Assembly (NCBI GenBank): GCA_963805855.1 | Contig: CAWDVW010000005.1 | Span: forward strand, 64,001 to 128,000 | Reading direction: 5' to 3' | From: Candidatus Dadabacteria bacterium | GTDB lineage: Bacteria > Desulfobacterota_D > UBA1144 > Nemesobacterales > CSP1-2 | Length of the DNA: 64,000 nucleotides | In this document: piece after piece, positions 48,701-58,774 of the stretch | Layout: every line of letters starts with the position of its first letter | Position numbering within the stretch: the first letter of the stretch is position 1 | Notes under the pieces: model-generated | What the model was told of the DNA's origin: nothing | Seen by the model: only the letters and a program-made list of their open reading frames with translations | Databases searched by the model: none | Program-made: the position numbers and the translations under genes

Positions 48701-49951
48701 ATGTCAAGAATCCTCCTAACAGCAAGTACGATATTACCAATTTCATCCCCTCCGATAAAAGAAGGTGCATTATTAATAGCGGATGGAAAGATTAAAGAAA
48801 TTGGTCTAAAGACAAAGCTAACAAAAAGATTTCCTCGTATAACTAATATAGAACTCGGGAGCGGAATTTTACTTCCCGGATTTGTAAATGCACATACCCA
48901 TCTTGAACTGGGATGGATAAGGAGTAGGATAGGACATTTCAATGGGTTTATTGGATGGCTCGAACAAATTATAAGGGCAAAAAAGATAGACACGACTAGG
49001 GAAGAAATTGAAAAATCAACTAGAAACGGCATCAAATCACTGATTGTAAATGGTGTAACCACGGTAGGTGAAGTTTCTTCGTTTGGAGGCATCGACAAAC
49101 CCATACTCAAAAAATCTGGTGTCAGAACGGTCTTATTCGTAGAACTATTTGACAGGGATGAAGATTTTTTCAAAGGCCTGAGATTTGAGCAAGAAGAACT
49201 CTTTGAAGAAAGACCTTTTCCACACGCTCCTTACTCTTGCTCGCCCAATTTTCTTAAGAAGCTCGCAAAATTTCAATGCAAGACAGAAATACCTTCGGGT
49301 ATACACCTTGCCGAAAGTCCAGATGAGGTAAAATTTTTAAGGGGCTATAAAAACGGGTTCGAACAGCAAATATTCCCTTTAATTGAGAAAGACAACTTTC
49401 ATCGGATTAAAGCTAAGTCGCCCTTCCAGTATTTAAAGAAATTAAGATCCTTTCATAAAACAAAGGTTACCACAGTGCACATGGTGCAGGTCCATCCTGC
49501 GGAAATTGAAGAAATTAAAAAAAGCGAGATCGGCGTGGTCTTATGTCCAAGAAGCAATTACTTTCTTAAAGTTGGTGTCCCCCCTATCAAACATTATTCT
49601 GAACTCGGCAGGATAGGGATTGGGACAGACGGTCTTTCAAGTAACTTCAACTTCGATTTCTTCGAAGAACTTAGATTTTTTTACCTTATTGCGAATAATG
49701 TAGCGGTAAGTGATGCACCGTTCTTTACAGTCTATGCGGCCACACTCGGCGGAGCAAAATCCATTTTTCTCGAACATAAGATCGGAAGCATTGAAAAGGG
49801 GAAAGATGCCGATTTAATATTTCTCGATACAGCAGACGACTATACTGATCCCTATCTCTCGGTATTATCATCCACGAACAAAGACTTAAAACTCTCTATG
49901 GTAAGAGGTAAAGTTATCTATTCAAAAAAAAAGGTCTGGAATACCATTTGA
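48701..49951 (+). CDS. Metal-dependent amidohydrolase, probable aminodeoxyfutalosine deaminase
   Basis: NAHTHLEL, HAPYS, HLAES and GTDGLSSN motifs; near mqnD/mqnA. Confidence 0.75.
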   Translation: MSRILLTASTILPISSPPIKEGALLIADGKIKEIGLKTKLTKRFPRITNIELGSGILLPGFVNAHTHLELGWIRSRIGHFNGFIGWLEQIIRAKKIDTTREEIEKSTRNGIKSLIVNGVTTVGEVSSFGGIDKPILKKSGVRTVLFVELFDRDEDFFKGLRFEQEELFEERPFPHAPYSCSPNFLKKLAKFQCKTEIPSGIHLAESPDEVKFLRGYKNGFEQQIFPLIEKDNFHRIKAKSPFQYLKKLRSFHKTKVTTVHMVQVHPAEIEEIKKSEIGVVLCPRSNYFLKVGVPPIKHYSELGRIGIGTDGLSSNFNFDFFEELRFFYLIANNVAVSDAPFFTVYAATLGGAKSIFLEHKIGSIEKGKDADLIFLDTADDYTDPYLSVLSSTNKDLKLSMVRGKVIYSKKKVWNTI

Positions 49952-51045
49952 GCGAAAAAATAAAGAAGCTTTTTGTATACGGCACACTCCTGAAGGGAGA
50001 ACCAAGAAACGCCTTTTTATGGGATAGCGATTTACTTGGATCCCTCGATATACCCGGCGAACTTTATATCACTGATATGGGATACCCGGCAGCTTCCTTT
50101 AACGAGAATCCACATCACCATGTAAGTGGAGAGCTTTACGAACTATCCTGGGATAAGCTTACCGACAAAATTATGATGCTGGACAAGATAGAAGGAATGG
50201 ACGATGGATTATTCAAGAGGAAGTTACTGAGAATTAATGGCCATAACTTTTTTACTTATGAAGCTGGAGAGGCATTGGATAGTTTTTTAAATAACAGATG
50301 CAAAATCAAATCGGGAAACTGGAGACTACAGGGATCTATAGCCAGGAGGGACCCAATTAAATTTGCTCTTGCCTTTGAAAAATCCTCCGAAAAAAGCTAC
50401 AGAGACTTTCCCACAAAAGGCACTTCGGGATCGATCCATGTGCGAGGAGTAGCTCCTATTCTTGTAACTGCACCACACGCATGTGCCCATGTTCGAATGA
50501 ATAAGCTCAAGAGTCAAGAAAAATTCACCGGGTCACTCACCGTTATAATTCACTCAATTACGGGATCCCATGTCCTGTACACCCACAGGGCTTCAGAAAT
50601 TGACCCAAATTTTTATGATGAGTCCCCATTTAAAAAGCAGATTGCCAGAATTGTAAAAGAATTCGGGATCGGATTTGTGCTCGACATTCATGGTACCTCA
50701 ACTGCTAAGACCGGGGACGTGTTTCCCGGAGTTGGCATCGACAAAGAATTTCTCCTTGGCAATGAATCTCTCTTAGACAAACTGGTCGAAGGTTCAGAAA
50801 GGTTTGGTATCAGACTTGGAAGTTCTAAAATTTTTCCTGCATCTCGTCAGATGACTGTGACCAAATTCGCTGCCAGAGAGCTCGGAATACCAGGCATGCA
50901 AATTGAGATCAGTGAACAGCTTAGGACGCCTGAGAGATTTCCTAAGCGCTTCGAGAAGTTAGTGAGATTTCTTGCGGACTTTTTGAGTAGAGTGCAAAAC
51001 CCTGCTAATTGTCCAAAATATCCAGCCTTGCCCTTTCACCAATAA
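49948..51045 (+). CDS. Fusion of gamma-glutamylcyclotransferase (AIG2/GGCT) and Zn-amidohydrolase-like domain
   Basis: N-terminal LFVYGTL..GEP, YPA, VSGELY, LDKIEG; C-terminal TAPHA..E, LDIHG, MQIEI. Confidence 0.7.
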   Translation: MSEKIKKLFVYGTLLKGEPRNAFLWDSDLLGSLDIPGELYITDMGYPAASFNENPHHHVSGELYELSWDKLTDKIMMLDKIEGMDDGLFKRKLLRINGHNFFTYEAGEALDSFLNNRCKIKSGNWRLQGSIARRDPIKFALAFEKSSEKSYRDFPTKGTSGSIHVRGVAPILVTAPHACAHVRMNKLKSQEKFTGSLTVIIHSITGSHVLYTHRASEIDPNFYDESPFKKQIARIVKEFGIGFVLDIHGTSTAKTGDVFPGVGIDKEFLLGNESLLDKLVEGSERFGIRLGSSKIFPASRQMTVTKFAARELGIPGMQIEISEQLRTPERFPKRFEKLVRFLADFLSRVQNPANCPKYPALPFHQ

Positions 51046-51838
51046 GCCCCTTTTCGTGCGCCTTAGCAAAGAGACACTCTAAAGCCTTTTTTCCCCTCTC
51101 CCCCATTTTCTTCGTAAATTCATTAACGTACATGAGCACAAACCTTTCGCCCAAATCCTTATTCATTCCCCTGCCGAATTGAAGCGCATACTCCAAGGCC
51201 TCATCTTTATGGGCGAGACCATATTCTATGCTTTCCTGATGGATCCTTAATACCTCACGCTCAATGCTCTCGCTAAAACCCCTTTTCACGACATTTAAGC
51301 CCAGGGGCAGTGGAAGAGAGGTTTCTTCGGACCACGATTTTCCTAAATCCAAGATTGATTTCAGACCATAGTCTCTATACGTTAGCTGACCTTCATGAAT
51401 GATAAGTCCAGCATCAACATGTCCATCTCTCACCGCATTAAATATCTTGTCAAAAGGAGATTCAACCGGGATAAATCCATCAGAAAAAATCCGAAGTAGT
51501 AAATATGCTGTCGTCAGCATGCCTGGGACAGCTATCCTTTTGCCCTCCAGGTCATTCATCATATCCCTTGCCACTACAATCGGGCCGTAACCTTCTCCCA
51601 TACTAGCGCCACATGAAAGAATCCTATACTTATCCTGTACCATAAGGTAGGTGTGAGCCGAAACCGCCGTTACTTCTAGCTCTCCTCTTAATGCCCTTTC
51701 GTTAAGGGACTGAATTTCCTCAATCACATGCACAAAATCTATCTTTTCTGACGATACGTTACCACTGGCAATTCCATAAAACATGAAGGCATCATCGGGA
51801 TCAGGGCTATGTCCAAGTCTCATAGTGATCTTGCTCAA
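51005..51838 (-). CDS. mqnD: 1,4-dihydroxy-6-naphthoate synthase MqnD
   Basis: HSPDPDDAFMFY, GEGYGP, IIHEGQLTY, LPLPLG and MYVN motifs. Confidence 0.93.
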   Translation of the reverse strand: MSKITMRLGHSPDPDDAFMFYGIASGNVSSEKIDFVHVIEEIQSLNERALRGELEVTAVSAHTYLMVQDKYRILSCGASMGEGYGPIVVARDMMNDLEGKRIAVPGMLTTAYLLLRIFSDGFIPVESPFDKIFNAVRDGHVDAGLIIHEGQLTYRDYGLKSILDLGKSWSEETSLPLPLGLNVVKRGFSESIEREVLRIHQESIEYGLAHKDEALEYALQFGRGMNKDLGERFVLMYVNEFTKKMGERGKKALECLFAKAHEKGLIGERARLDILDN

Positions 51839-51947
51839 GATTTGTTCTCCTTTTAGGATTCTAATTATACAATCACAATGCTTACCGATAGGTCGATCAT
51901 CTCTAATCTCTGGATATCCGTCTTAATGAGGAGTATACCGTTTATAC

Positions 51948-52739
51948 CTAATAAAATTTCAAATCTGAATTCTTTATATTGCCGACAATTTCTGACAGTA
52001 ATCCTCTGAAAGTGTTGATTCCTTCAATCTCCTTATCGCCCAGATCATAGTAAATTCTCTCAGTCAGATATCTATAGCAAATCTCCTCACTCAAGTTAAC
52101 TGTCTCTGCATAAGTTTTTGCAATTTTATCTATAAGATTAACCCCCACCGATTTAGCCGTCTGTAGAGCCTGGAGATTCTTTCCTAGATTTACCCCTTCC
52201 CGCACTGCGTATACTGCATAGACGAATGGAAGCCCCGTCTCTTTAGTCCATACCTCTCCAAGGTCAACCACCGTATAGCCGCTGGGAGGCGAATACCTGA
52301 TCCTGAGACCATCATTTCCTATGTACATACCTGCATCTACTCCATCCAAGAAACTGCCATCAGGAATTCTTTGAACATAATTGGGATTCACATTATTGAA
52401 TATCTCTAGAATAATTCTAAGAAGCGAGGACGAGCTTTGCGATCTCAAATCCACTGCCACGGTTTTTATCTCCGCAATGGACTTCTTTGACAACAATACT
52501 ACACTGGCCACCTCACCCCTCGACGATATTGACAGGTTCGGGACCATCCTATAGATATCTCTTTTAAGCAATTCAGCAACAGGAATTAGACCTAAATCAA
52601 CCTTCTCTTCTAATAGTAGAGTGGATAATCTGGACGGATTTTCATACACAATATCAAAATCATTTTTTACTAAACCTTCCTCTAAAGGGTACACAAGAGG
52701 CCTTACGTTCAAAAATGGGACAGCTCCGAGTTTGATCAC
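51948..52739 (-). CDS. mqnA: Chorismate dehydratase MqnA
   Basis: VPFLNVRPL, VASV, SQSS, IGND and DLGEVW..TGLPFVYA motifs. Confidence 0.9.
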   Translation of the reverse strand: MIKLGAVPFLNVRPLVYPLEEGLVKNDFDIVYENPSRLSTLLLEEKVDLGLIPVAELLKRDIYRMVPNLSISSRGEVASVVLLSKKSIAEIKTVAVDLRSQSSSSLLRIILEIFNNVNPNYVQRIPDGSFLDGVDAGMYIGNDGLRIRYSPPSGYTVVDLGEVWTKETGLPFVYAVYAVREGVNLGKNLQALQTAKSVGVNLIDKIAKTYAETVNLSEEICYRYLTERIYYDLGDKEIEGINTFRGLLSEIVGNIKNSDLKFY

Positions 52740-52878
52740 TTATAATCTCCAAAGTCTAGAATTTCTTATTGCCTATTATTACAAATGCAGGAGCGGCTTC
52801 CAGACGCGATTGGCATTTCGATTATTGTTTTTAACAGAAGAAGCAATACATTCTAAAAATTAATCTCCAAAACAATAA

Positions 52879-53637
52879 TTAAATTCTAATTTCTATCCCA
52901 TTTTCCTTTAAGTACTTTTTGGCTTCAGAAATTGAATATTCGCCATAATGGAAAATGGATGCAACCAACACAGCATCCGCTTCTCCCAAAGTAATACCAT
53001 CATAGAGATGCTTTAGATTCCCAGCGCCACCCGACGCAATTATCGGAATACCAACCGCTCTGGAAACAGCTTCAGTTAGTTTTAAATCGTATCCGTTTTT
53101 TGTACCGTCCATATCCATACTGGTGAGAAGTATTTCACCCGCTCCAAACGACTCCATTTCTTCTGCCCATGCGACAGCGTCAATTCCCGTTGGATTTCTA
53201 CCCCCATGTGTATAGACCTCCCACTTTGAATCTGAAACCCTTCTAGCGTCTATAGCAACGACAATACATTGACTTCCGAACTTCCCCGCAGCCTTTTTAA
53301 CAAATTCGGGTTTCTTAACCGCCGCTGTGTTAACTGCGACCTTGTCGGCACCGGCCAAAAGAAGGTTTCTTACATCCTCAAGGGTTCTTACACCTCCACC
53401 AACTGTTAGCGGTACGAAAACCTCGCTGGCGGTTTTTTTGACAACTTCTATCATTATATTTCTTTTCTCATGCGAAGCCGTTATGTCAAGAAAGGTAATC
53501 TCATCAGCCCCCTCATCGCTATAGCGCTTAGCAATTTCAACCGGATCACCCGCATCACGGAGATTAAGGAACTTCACGCCTTTTACCACTCTTCCGTCCT
53601 TAACATCCAGGCAGGGAATTATTCTTTTCGACAGCAT
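52879..53637 (-). CDS. hisF: Imidazole glycerol phosphate synthase cyclase subunit
   Basis: [35 protein letters not shown]. Confidence 0.98.
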   Translation of the reverse strand: MLSKRIIPCLDVKDGRVVKGVKFLNLRDAGDPVEIAKRYSDEGADEITFLDITASHEKRNIMIEVVKKTASEVFVPLTVGGGVRTLEDVRNLLLAGADKVAVNTAAVKKPEFVKKAAGKFGSQCIVVAIDARRVSDSKWEVYTHGGRNPTGIDAVAWAEEMESFGAGEILLTSMDMDGTKNGYDLKLTEAVSRAVGIPIIASGGAGNLKHLYDGITLGEADAVLVASIFHYGEYSISEAKKYLKENGIEIRI

Positions 53638-53786
53638 CTTAAGGTGATTGTTGCTCCAGAATGGTAAGTCATATGTGAACTAGTAGGTTTTTCTTCTGAC
53701 TCCGTATTCTGGCTTGTGACTTTTACCTGTTATTTAATACAATTTAAAACTCAGTCTCTTTGTTTTTTGGTTTTGCATATCAGTCC

Positions 53787-54515
53787 TCAATAATCTGAAA
53801 ATCTTTTTATTGCTTCTCTTAGATCAATCTTACCACTGTAAATTGATTTACCAACTATGACGCCCAAAAGTCCCAACTTAGTTAGATTGGATAGTTTCTC
53901 CAAATCATTAGGGCATGAAATGCCACCCGAAGCAATTACGGGGATTGGAGAGTTTCTAACAAATTGCTCAACTTCATCAATATTAATACCCTCCAAAGTT
54001 CCATCACGGTCTATATCAGTGTGTACAACCAGAGAGATGCCCACCGATTTCAAATCATTCAGAAAAGATTGTAGATCGAAATCTACAGTTTCTTTCCATC
54101 CTCTTACTGAGATCCTCCTATTCCTTGTGTCGATCCCAACGGCAACCCGCCGTGGAAACCGTCTGTTAGCTTCAGTTAAAATTTCAGGTTTCTGAAGTGC
54201 AACAGTTCCCAGTATGACTCTATCCAGCCCTGTCTCCAAATATCTTTCAATGGTTTCAATATCCCTTATTCCGCCGCCTACTTGAACAGAGCATGAGACA
54301 GAATTCACAATTTCCTTTATTAATTCAAAATTTCTCGGTTTGCCTGAAAACGCACCGTCAAGATCAACCACATGTATGAGCCTCGCTCCACACTCCTCCC
54401 ACCTCGCAGCTACCGCCACCGGATCCTGAGAAAATACTGTTTCGGTCCCCTCCTCTCCCCTCAACAGCCTTACACATTTACCATCCTTGAGGTCTATCGC
54501 AGGAATGATAAGCAT
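53787..54515 (-). CDS. hisA: ProFAR isomerase HisA
   Basis: IIPAIDL..GKCVRL, HVVDLDGA, QVGGGIR, TDIDRDGTL. Confidence 0.97.
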   Translation of the reverse strand: MLIIPAIDLKDGKCVRLLRGEEGTETVFSQDPVAVAARWEECGARLIHVVDLDGAFSGKPRNFELIKEIVNSVSCSVQVGGGIRDIETIERYLETGLDRVILGTVALQKPEILTEANRRFPRRVAVGIDTRNRRISVRGWKETVDFDLQSFLNDLKSVGISLVVHTDIDRDGTLEGINIDEVEQFVRNSPIPVIASGGISCPNDLEKLSNLTKLGLLGVIVGKSIYSGKIDLREAIKRFSDY

Positions 54516-55154
54516 CTAAGGTTGCCCAAGAAATATCGCGAGATCATCTACAACTTCAATTACGCCCTCTTTCGCGAGTTGATTTGCCGTAACCCACTTT
54601 CCCTTACGCTTAAAAAATTTGCCGATTTTAGTAACGTTCTGAAGGAGTGTTTCTTGCGTCTCTGCATAATATGCCTCCCAAAGCCTTTCTCCGGTATTTG
54701 GGTTTATCAACTGAACACCAAAGGCGACAGAAGCCGGTGCACTTGTCCCCAATTCTCCACCTTCCCTCTCTCTAAACGTGGATATATTACCAATCAACAC
54801 TGAATCAGAGTTAAGGTTCTTCCCAACCTCCATAGCTAAATTCAGATAACCTAGCTCCGGATTTTCTTCGTTCAATTTTATAAATTCATCAGTCGAAGTT
54901 CCCAATGCGACAATAGTCTTTCCCTTGATCCTGTTACTCAATTCCTGATACAACTCGCTGGTCAAGAACCTGCTTCTTTCGGCAGGAATTTCGTCCCGAA
55001 CCACGGGATTAGTGAACATCGGGACGACTACAATTTTATGTATCTCGATTGGCTTTTTTGAATAACTGCCTTTTTCCGGTACAGTGCCGGTGCAAGATGT
55101 TAGATACACGCAAAGGGCCAAGATTAAATGAAAACGCCTGCTAACACTTCTCAT
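54516..55154 (-). CDS. Hypothetical lipoprotein (TolB-N/CsgG-like fold possible)
   Basis: Lipobox-like LTSC; KIVVVPM..., GKNLNSDSVLIG..F.ER.G...PASVAF. Confidence 0.7.
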   Translation of the reverse strand: MRSVSRRFHLILALCVYLTSCTGTVPEKGSYSKKPIEIHKIVVVPMFTNPVVRDEIPAERSRFLTSELYQELSNRIKGKTIVALGTSTDEFIKLNEENPELGYLNLAMEVGKNLNSDSVLIGNISTFREREGGELGTSAPASVAFGVQLINPNTGERLWEAYYAETQETLLQNVTKIGKFFKRKGKWVTANQLAKEGVIEVVDDLAIFLGQP

Positions 55155-55341
55155 TTCTCTATAAATATACTGGATTATGACGCTAATAAAAGAAGTTAAA
55201 CTAAACGGGTTTCAAACACAAAAATCCATCAAACCAATACATTGCATTTCCTTATTTGTTAAGGGGAAACTTTTAAGTTACGATTGCATCAACTTCCCAA
55301 AAAATCACTATTTAACTTACATTGGTTTATGCTTATCTAAA

Positions 55342-55659
55342 ATGAACCATGAACCTAAAAGATATATAGCTGACATCGAGATCCCCGAGGGCTTTGCAAC
55401 CATCGATTGCGAGGTGGAAGTATTAGACCCCCAAACAGATCAAGCTCGGATAACCCTCATATTGGCCAGTTGTTCTTACAAGAACGAAGAAACAGAACCA
55501 GTTCAAGGAAATCTCACCTTACGGGAGGAATTGGATTTGTTCCTGGAGGCTATTAGAATAACAGACCGAAAAGACCTTAAAGCCGTAATTGAAGAAGTCT
55601 TGAGGGAAGCTTACGGCAAAGAAGCCGATATAACAGTCAATAGCATTGATATGGATTAG
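55342..55659 (+). CDS. Hypothetical acidic protein
   Basis: 3' part of ORF 55177..55659 from MNHEPK looks coding; no family recognised. Confidence 0.55.
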   Translation: MNHEPKRYIADIEIPEGFATIDCEVEVLDPQTDQARITLILASCSYKNEETEPVQGNLTLREELDLFLEAIRITDRKDLKAVIEEVLREAYGKEADITVNSIDMD

Positions 55660-55745
55660 GAGAACTATCAAAGGTTTATATCTATTATTACCCGAGTAAC
55701 CCCATTAAAATTGAAAAACTGCATCTGAAAATTATAATAACGCTC

Positions 55746-56156
55746 ATGAAATACTGGCTTGTGAAGTCTGAACCATTCAAATACTCCTGGGATGATTTTC
55801 TTAAGGACGGTTGGACCTATTGGGATGGAGTCAGAAATTATCAGGCGAGAAACAATTTACAAAGCATGAAAACGGGAGATCTCGTTCTTTACTATCACAG
55901 CAATGAAGGATTAGAGGTCCTAGGAATTGCTGAAGTGATCAAGGAAGCATATCAAGACCCAACTACAGATGACGGGCGCTGGGTTGTAGTAGACTTAAAA
56001 TCTAAGGAAACCTTCAAAAATCCAGTCTCATTATCAGAGATTAAAACTGACAGACGTCTTAAAGACATAGCACTAATCAAGCAAACCCGCCTCTCAGTAA
56101 TGCCCGTTACAAAAAGAGAATTTAACGCCATAAAGTTAATGGGAATGGGAAAGTAA
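55746..56156 (+). CDS. EVE domain protein
   Basis: YWLVKSEP, WDGVRNYQARN, YYHS and RLSVMPV motifs. Confidence 0.95.
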   Translation: MKYWLVKSEPFKYSWDDFLKDGWTYWDGVRNYQARNNLQSMKTGDLVLYYHSNEGLEVLGIAEVIKEAYQDPTTDDGRWVVVDLKSKETFKNPVSLSEIKTDRRLKDIALIKQTRLSVMPVTKREFNAIKLMGMGK

Positions 56157-56276
56157 AATCATAATTATCTTTCTGCAATTGCGAGCACTTCGATTATACT
56201 CACAACAGGACAGGCTCTGAGTCGAGAAACAGTAGAGACTAAAGTCCTTCTCGACATGCTGCCGATTGTAATGGAA

Positions 56277-56310
56277 TATGTAGAGAACGCATATATGCGT
56301 TCTCTACATA
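56277..56310. repeat. Perfect 34-bp palindrome, REP-like (GTAG...CTAC)
   Basis: TATGTAGAGAACGCATA|TATGCGTTCTCTACATA. Confidence 0.75.
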
Positions 56311-56328
56311 AATCAACAAGCCCCGGGC

Positions 56329-56381
56329 TTGACAATTTTGTATTTGTAATTACCTTAACATTAAACTATTTAATGTTAAGG
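56329..56381 (+). promoter_or_regulatory. Promoter with overlapping 13-3-13 inverted-repeat operator for MarR
   Basis: TTGACA 56329-56334, TACCTT 56351-56356; CCTTAACATTAAA-CTA-TTTAATGTTAAGG 56353-56381. Confidence 0.65.
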
Positions 56382-56386
56382 GCAGT

Positions 56387-56839
56387 ATGGGTACAAAGTA
56401 TAAGGGGACTCAAAAGGAAATAAGGGCGCTAAACGCTTTTATCAATTTCATGCGGGCTGCAGACAGTGTAAGTTCAAGACTGTCTCGGTTACTTGCTAAG
56501 CATAGATTAACTACGAGCCAGTTCGGCGCGCTAGAGGCTCTATATCACCTTGGGCCACTCAGTCAAAACGATCTGGGGAGGAAGCTCCTTAAAACTAGCG
56601 GCAATATAACGATGGTAGTCGACAACCTTGAAAAACGAGCCCTCGTAAAAAGGGTTCGGAGCCCAGAAGACCGTAGATCAGTAAGCGTGACGCTCACTAA
56701 GGATGGGGGCAGGCTTATTGAAAGCATATTTCCACAGCATGTGGGGTCGATCGTTGCTGAGTTTGAAGTCCTAAATCCGGGAGAACAGGAAGTCCTTCGC
56801 CATTTATGTAGAAAACTCGGGAAGCATGAAAGGGACTGA
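56387..56839 (+). CDS. MarR-family regulator (MhqR-like)
   Basis: LTTSQFGALEALYHLGPL, TSGNITMVVDNLEKR, DRRS motifs. Confidence 0.92.
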   Translation: MGTKYKGTQKEIRALNAFINFMRAADSVSSRLSRLLAKHRLTTSQFGALEALYHLGPLSQNDLGRKLLKTSGNITMVVDNLEKRALVKRVRSPEDRRSVSVTLTKDGGRLIESIFPQHVGSIVAEFEVLNPGEQEVLRHLCRKLGKHERD

Positions 56840-56870
56840 ATGATAATAAACAAGACTAGAGGCAGAAAAA

Positions 56871-57575
56871 ATGATTAAGATAAGAAGACGCAGTGAAAGG
56901 GGACACACAAATTTAGGATGGCTCGACAGCTATCACACATTCTCATTCGGTGATTACCTCGACCCGGATCATATGGGATATCACAAACTCCGTGTTATAA
57001 ATGAAGATAAAGTGAAAGGTGGCGGCGGATTTGGGTCTCATCCCCACAGGGACATGGAAATTGTTACATATGTACTGGAAGGTTCTTTAGAACATAAGGA
57101 CAGCATCGGGAACGGTTCCGTTATCAGAAAGGGCGATGTTCAGAGAATGAGTGCAGGAACCGGAATAATGCACAGCGAGTACAATCACTCCGAATCTGAA
57201 CCCGTTCATTTTTTACAAATATGGATATTACCCAGGGAAAAAGGTATCAAGCCAAGCTACGAACAACGATCTGTAGATGCCAAAAGTGTAAAGGGCAAAC
57301 TTGGCCTCATCGCAACAGGAAATATAGGCAAGAAAGTTGATGCCCTGCACCTGAATCAGGAGGTTGCTATTTATATGTCCTCCCTCGAAATGGAACAACA
57401 GGTTAAACATACAACCGAGGCCGACCATCACCTTTGGGTTCAGGCTACCAGGGGCTCTCTAATCTTAAATGGTGAAATTTTGGAACAGGGAGACGGTGCG
57501 TCAATTTCGAATGAGCAAGGCATTGAAATTAGCACCAGCGATTCGGCTGAGCTCCTATTATTCGATATGGAGTAA
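56871..57575 (+). CDS. Pirin family protein (YhhW-like)
   Basis: WLDSYHTFSF, HPHRDMEI, HKDS, MSAGTGIMHSE and QIW motifs. Confidence 0.95.
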   Translation: MIKIRRRSERGHTNLGWLDSYHTFSFGDYLDPDHMGYHKLRVINEDKVKGGGGFGSHPHRDMEIVTYVLEGSLEHKDSIGNGSVIRKGDVQRMSAGTGIMHSEYNHSESEPVHFLQIWILPREKGIKPSYEQRSVDAKSVKGKLGLIATGNIGKKVDALHLNQEVAIYMSSLEMEQQVKHTTEADHHLWVQATRGSLILNGEILEQGDGASISNEQGIEISTSDSAELLLFDME

Positions 57576-57677
57576 TCTTTAAACTAAGCGCCAAGTAACA
57601 TTTTCCTTCTGAACTTGCATAGGATTCCAATATAATGTAATAAAAGGATATAACATATTAAAAAGGAGGATTGGCAA

Positions 57678-58703
57678 ATGAAATTCGGCATAGGATATTA
57701 CAGCCTTCAATCACATCCCCAGAGACCGAGGCCACATGAAGAATTATATGAAGAGATGCTAAAAGAGATCTCTATAGCTGATGAGATGGGTTTTGACTCG
57801 GCGTGGTTAACTGAACATCACTTTTTAGGCGATGGATACTGCCCCTCATTATTGATCGCAGCAGCAGCGATAGCGGCAAGGACCAAAAGTATAAGGATTG
57901 GCACCGGTGTCTTGTTAATGCCCCTCCATGACCCGATAAGAATTGCCGAAGATGCAGCTGTGGTTGATTTGATCTCCAAAGGGCGTTTAATACTAGGGAT
58001 TGGGCTTGGATACAGATTAGAGGAATTTGAAGGATACGGTAGATCGCTCAAAGAGCGAAAGGGACGAATGGAAGAAAGCATAGAGATTCTCCAGAAGAGC
58101 TGGTCTGACGAAGCTTGCAGCTTTAATGGCAAATACTATAAAGTAAAGAACGCAAATGTAACGCCCAAACCGGTTCAAAGACCTATACCTATATGGATTG
58201 GGGCATTTACAGAACCGGCTATAAGGAGAGCTGCACGGATAGGAGCCCCGCTTTACATACCGGCTATCGGGACTATACCTATAATAAAGTACTTATTTGA
58301 CCTTCATTCTTCCTTGCTAGAAGAATATGGAAGAAACCCCGGCGACTATGAAAAACCCATTGTTAGAGAATTCTATATCTCTGATAAAAAGAAGGAAGAA
58401 GTTTGGGAAGATATAAAGGAGTATATTACATACACTGCAAAAGGCTACGCTCAATGGGGAAGCATGGTCGATTACAGTGGAAATCTAATTTCGGATCCCA
58501 CTGACCCGATCATTTACGATATCGTCAAGGATCAGTCAATTCTAGGCACACCCGAAGAGTGTGTAGAAACTATTAAGGAATATAAGGAAAATCTGCCAAT
58601 TGATAACCTTATCTGCAGGTTTAAATTCCCTGGTATAAGTCATCAAGAGGCAATGAGATCAATGAAGCTATTTGTGGATAGGGTTCTTCCGGAGGTATCT
58701 TAA
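57678..58703 (+). CDS. Luciferase-like (LLM class) flavin-dependent monooxygenase
   Basis: GFDSAWLTEHHF, AIAARTKSIRIGT, PIRIAEDAAVVDLISKGRL, PKPVQ. Confidence 0.92.
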   Translation: MKFGIGYYSLQSHPQRPRPHEELYEEMLKEISIADEMGFDSAWLTEHHFLGDGYCPSLLIAAAAIAARTKSIRIGTGVLLMPLHDPIRIAEDAAVVDLISKGRLILGIGLGYRLEEFEGYGRSLKERKGRMEESIEILQKSWSDEACSFNGKYYKVKNANVTPKPVQRPIPIWIGAFTEPAIRRAARIGAPLYIPAIGTIPIIKYLFDLHSSLLEEYGRNPGDYEKPIVREFYISDKKKEEVWEDIKEYITYTAKGYAQWGSMVDYSGNLISDPTDPIIYDIVKDQSILGTPEECVETIKEYKENLPIDNLICRFKFPGISHQEAMRSMKLFVDRVLPEVS

Positions 58704-58774
58704 TAAAATACTCAAAATATGAGTGACTGTTTCCGATAGATCGTTCTAAAATATCGGGAATACCGATAGTAAAA

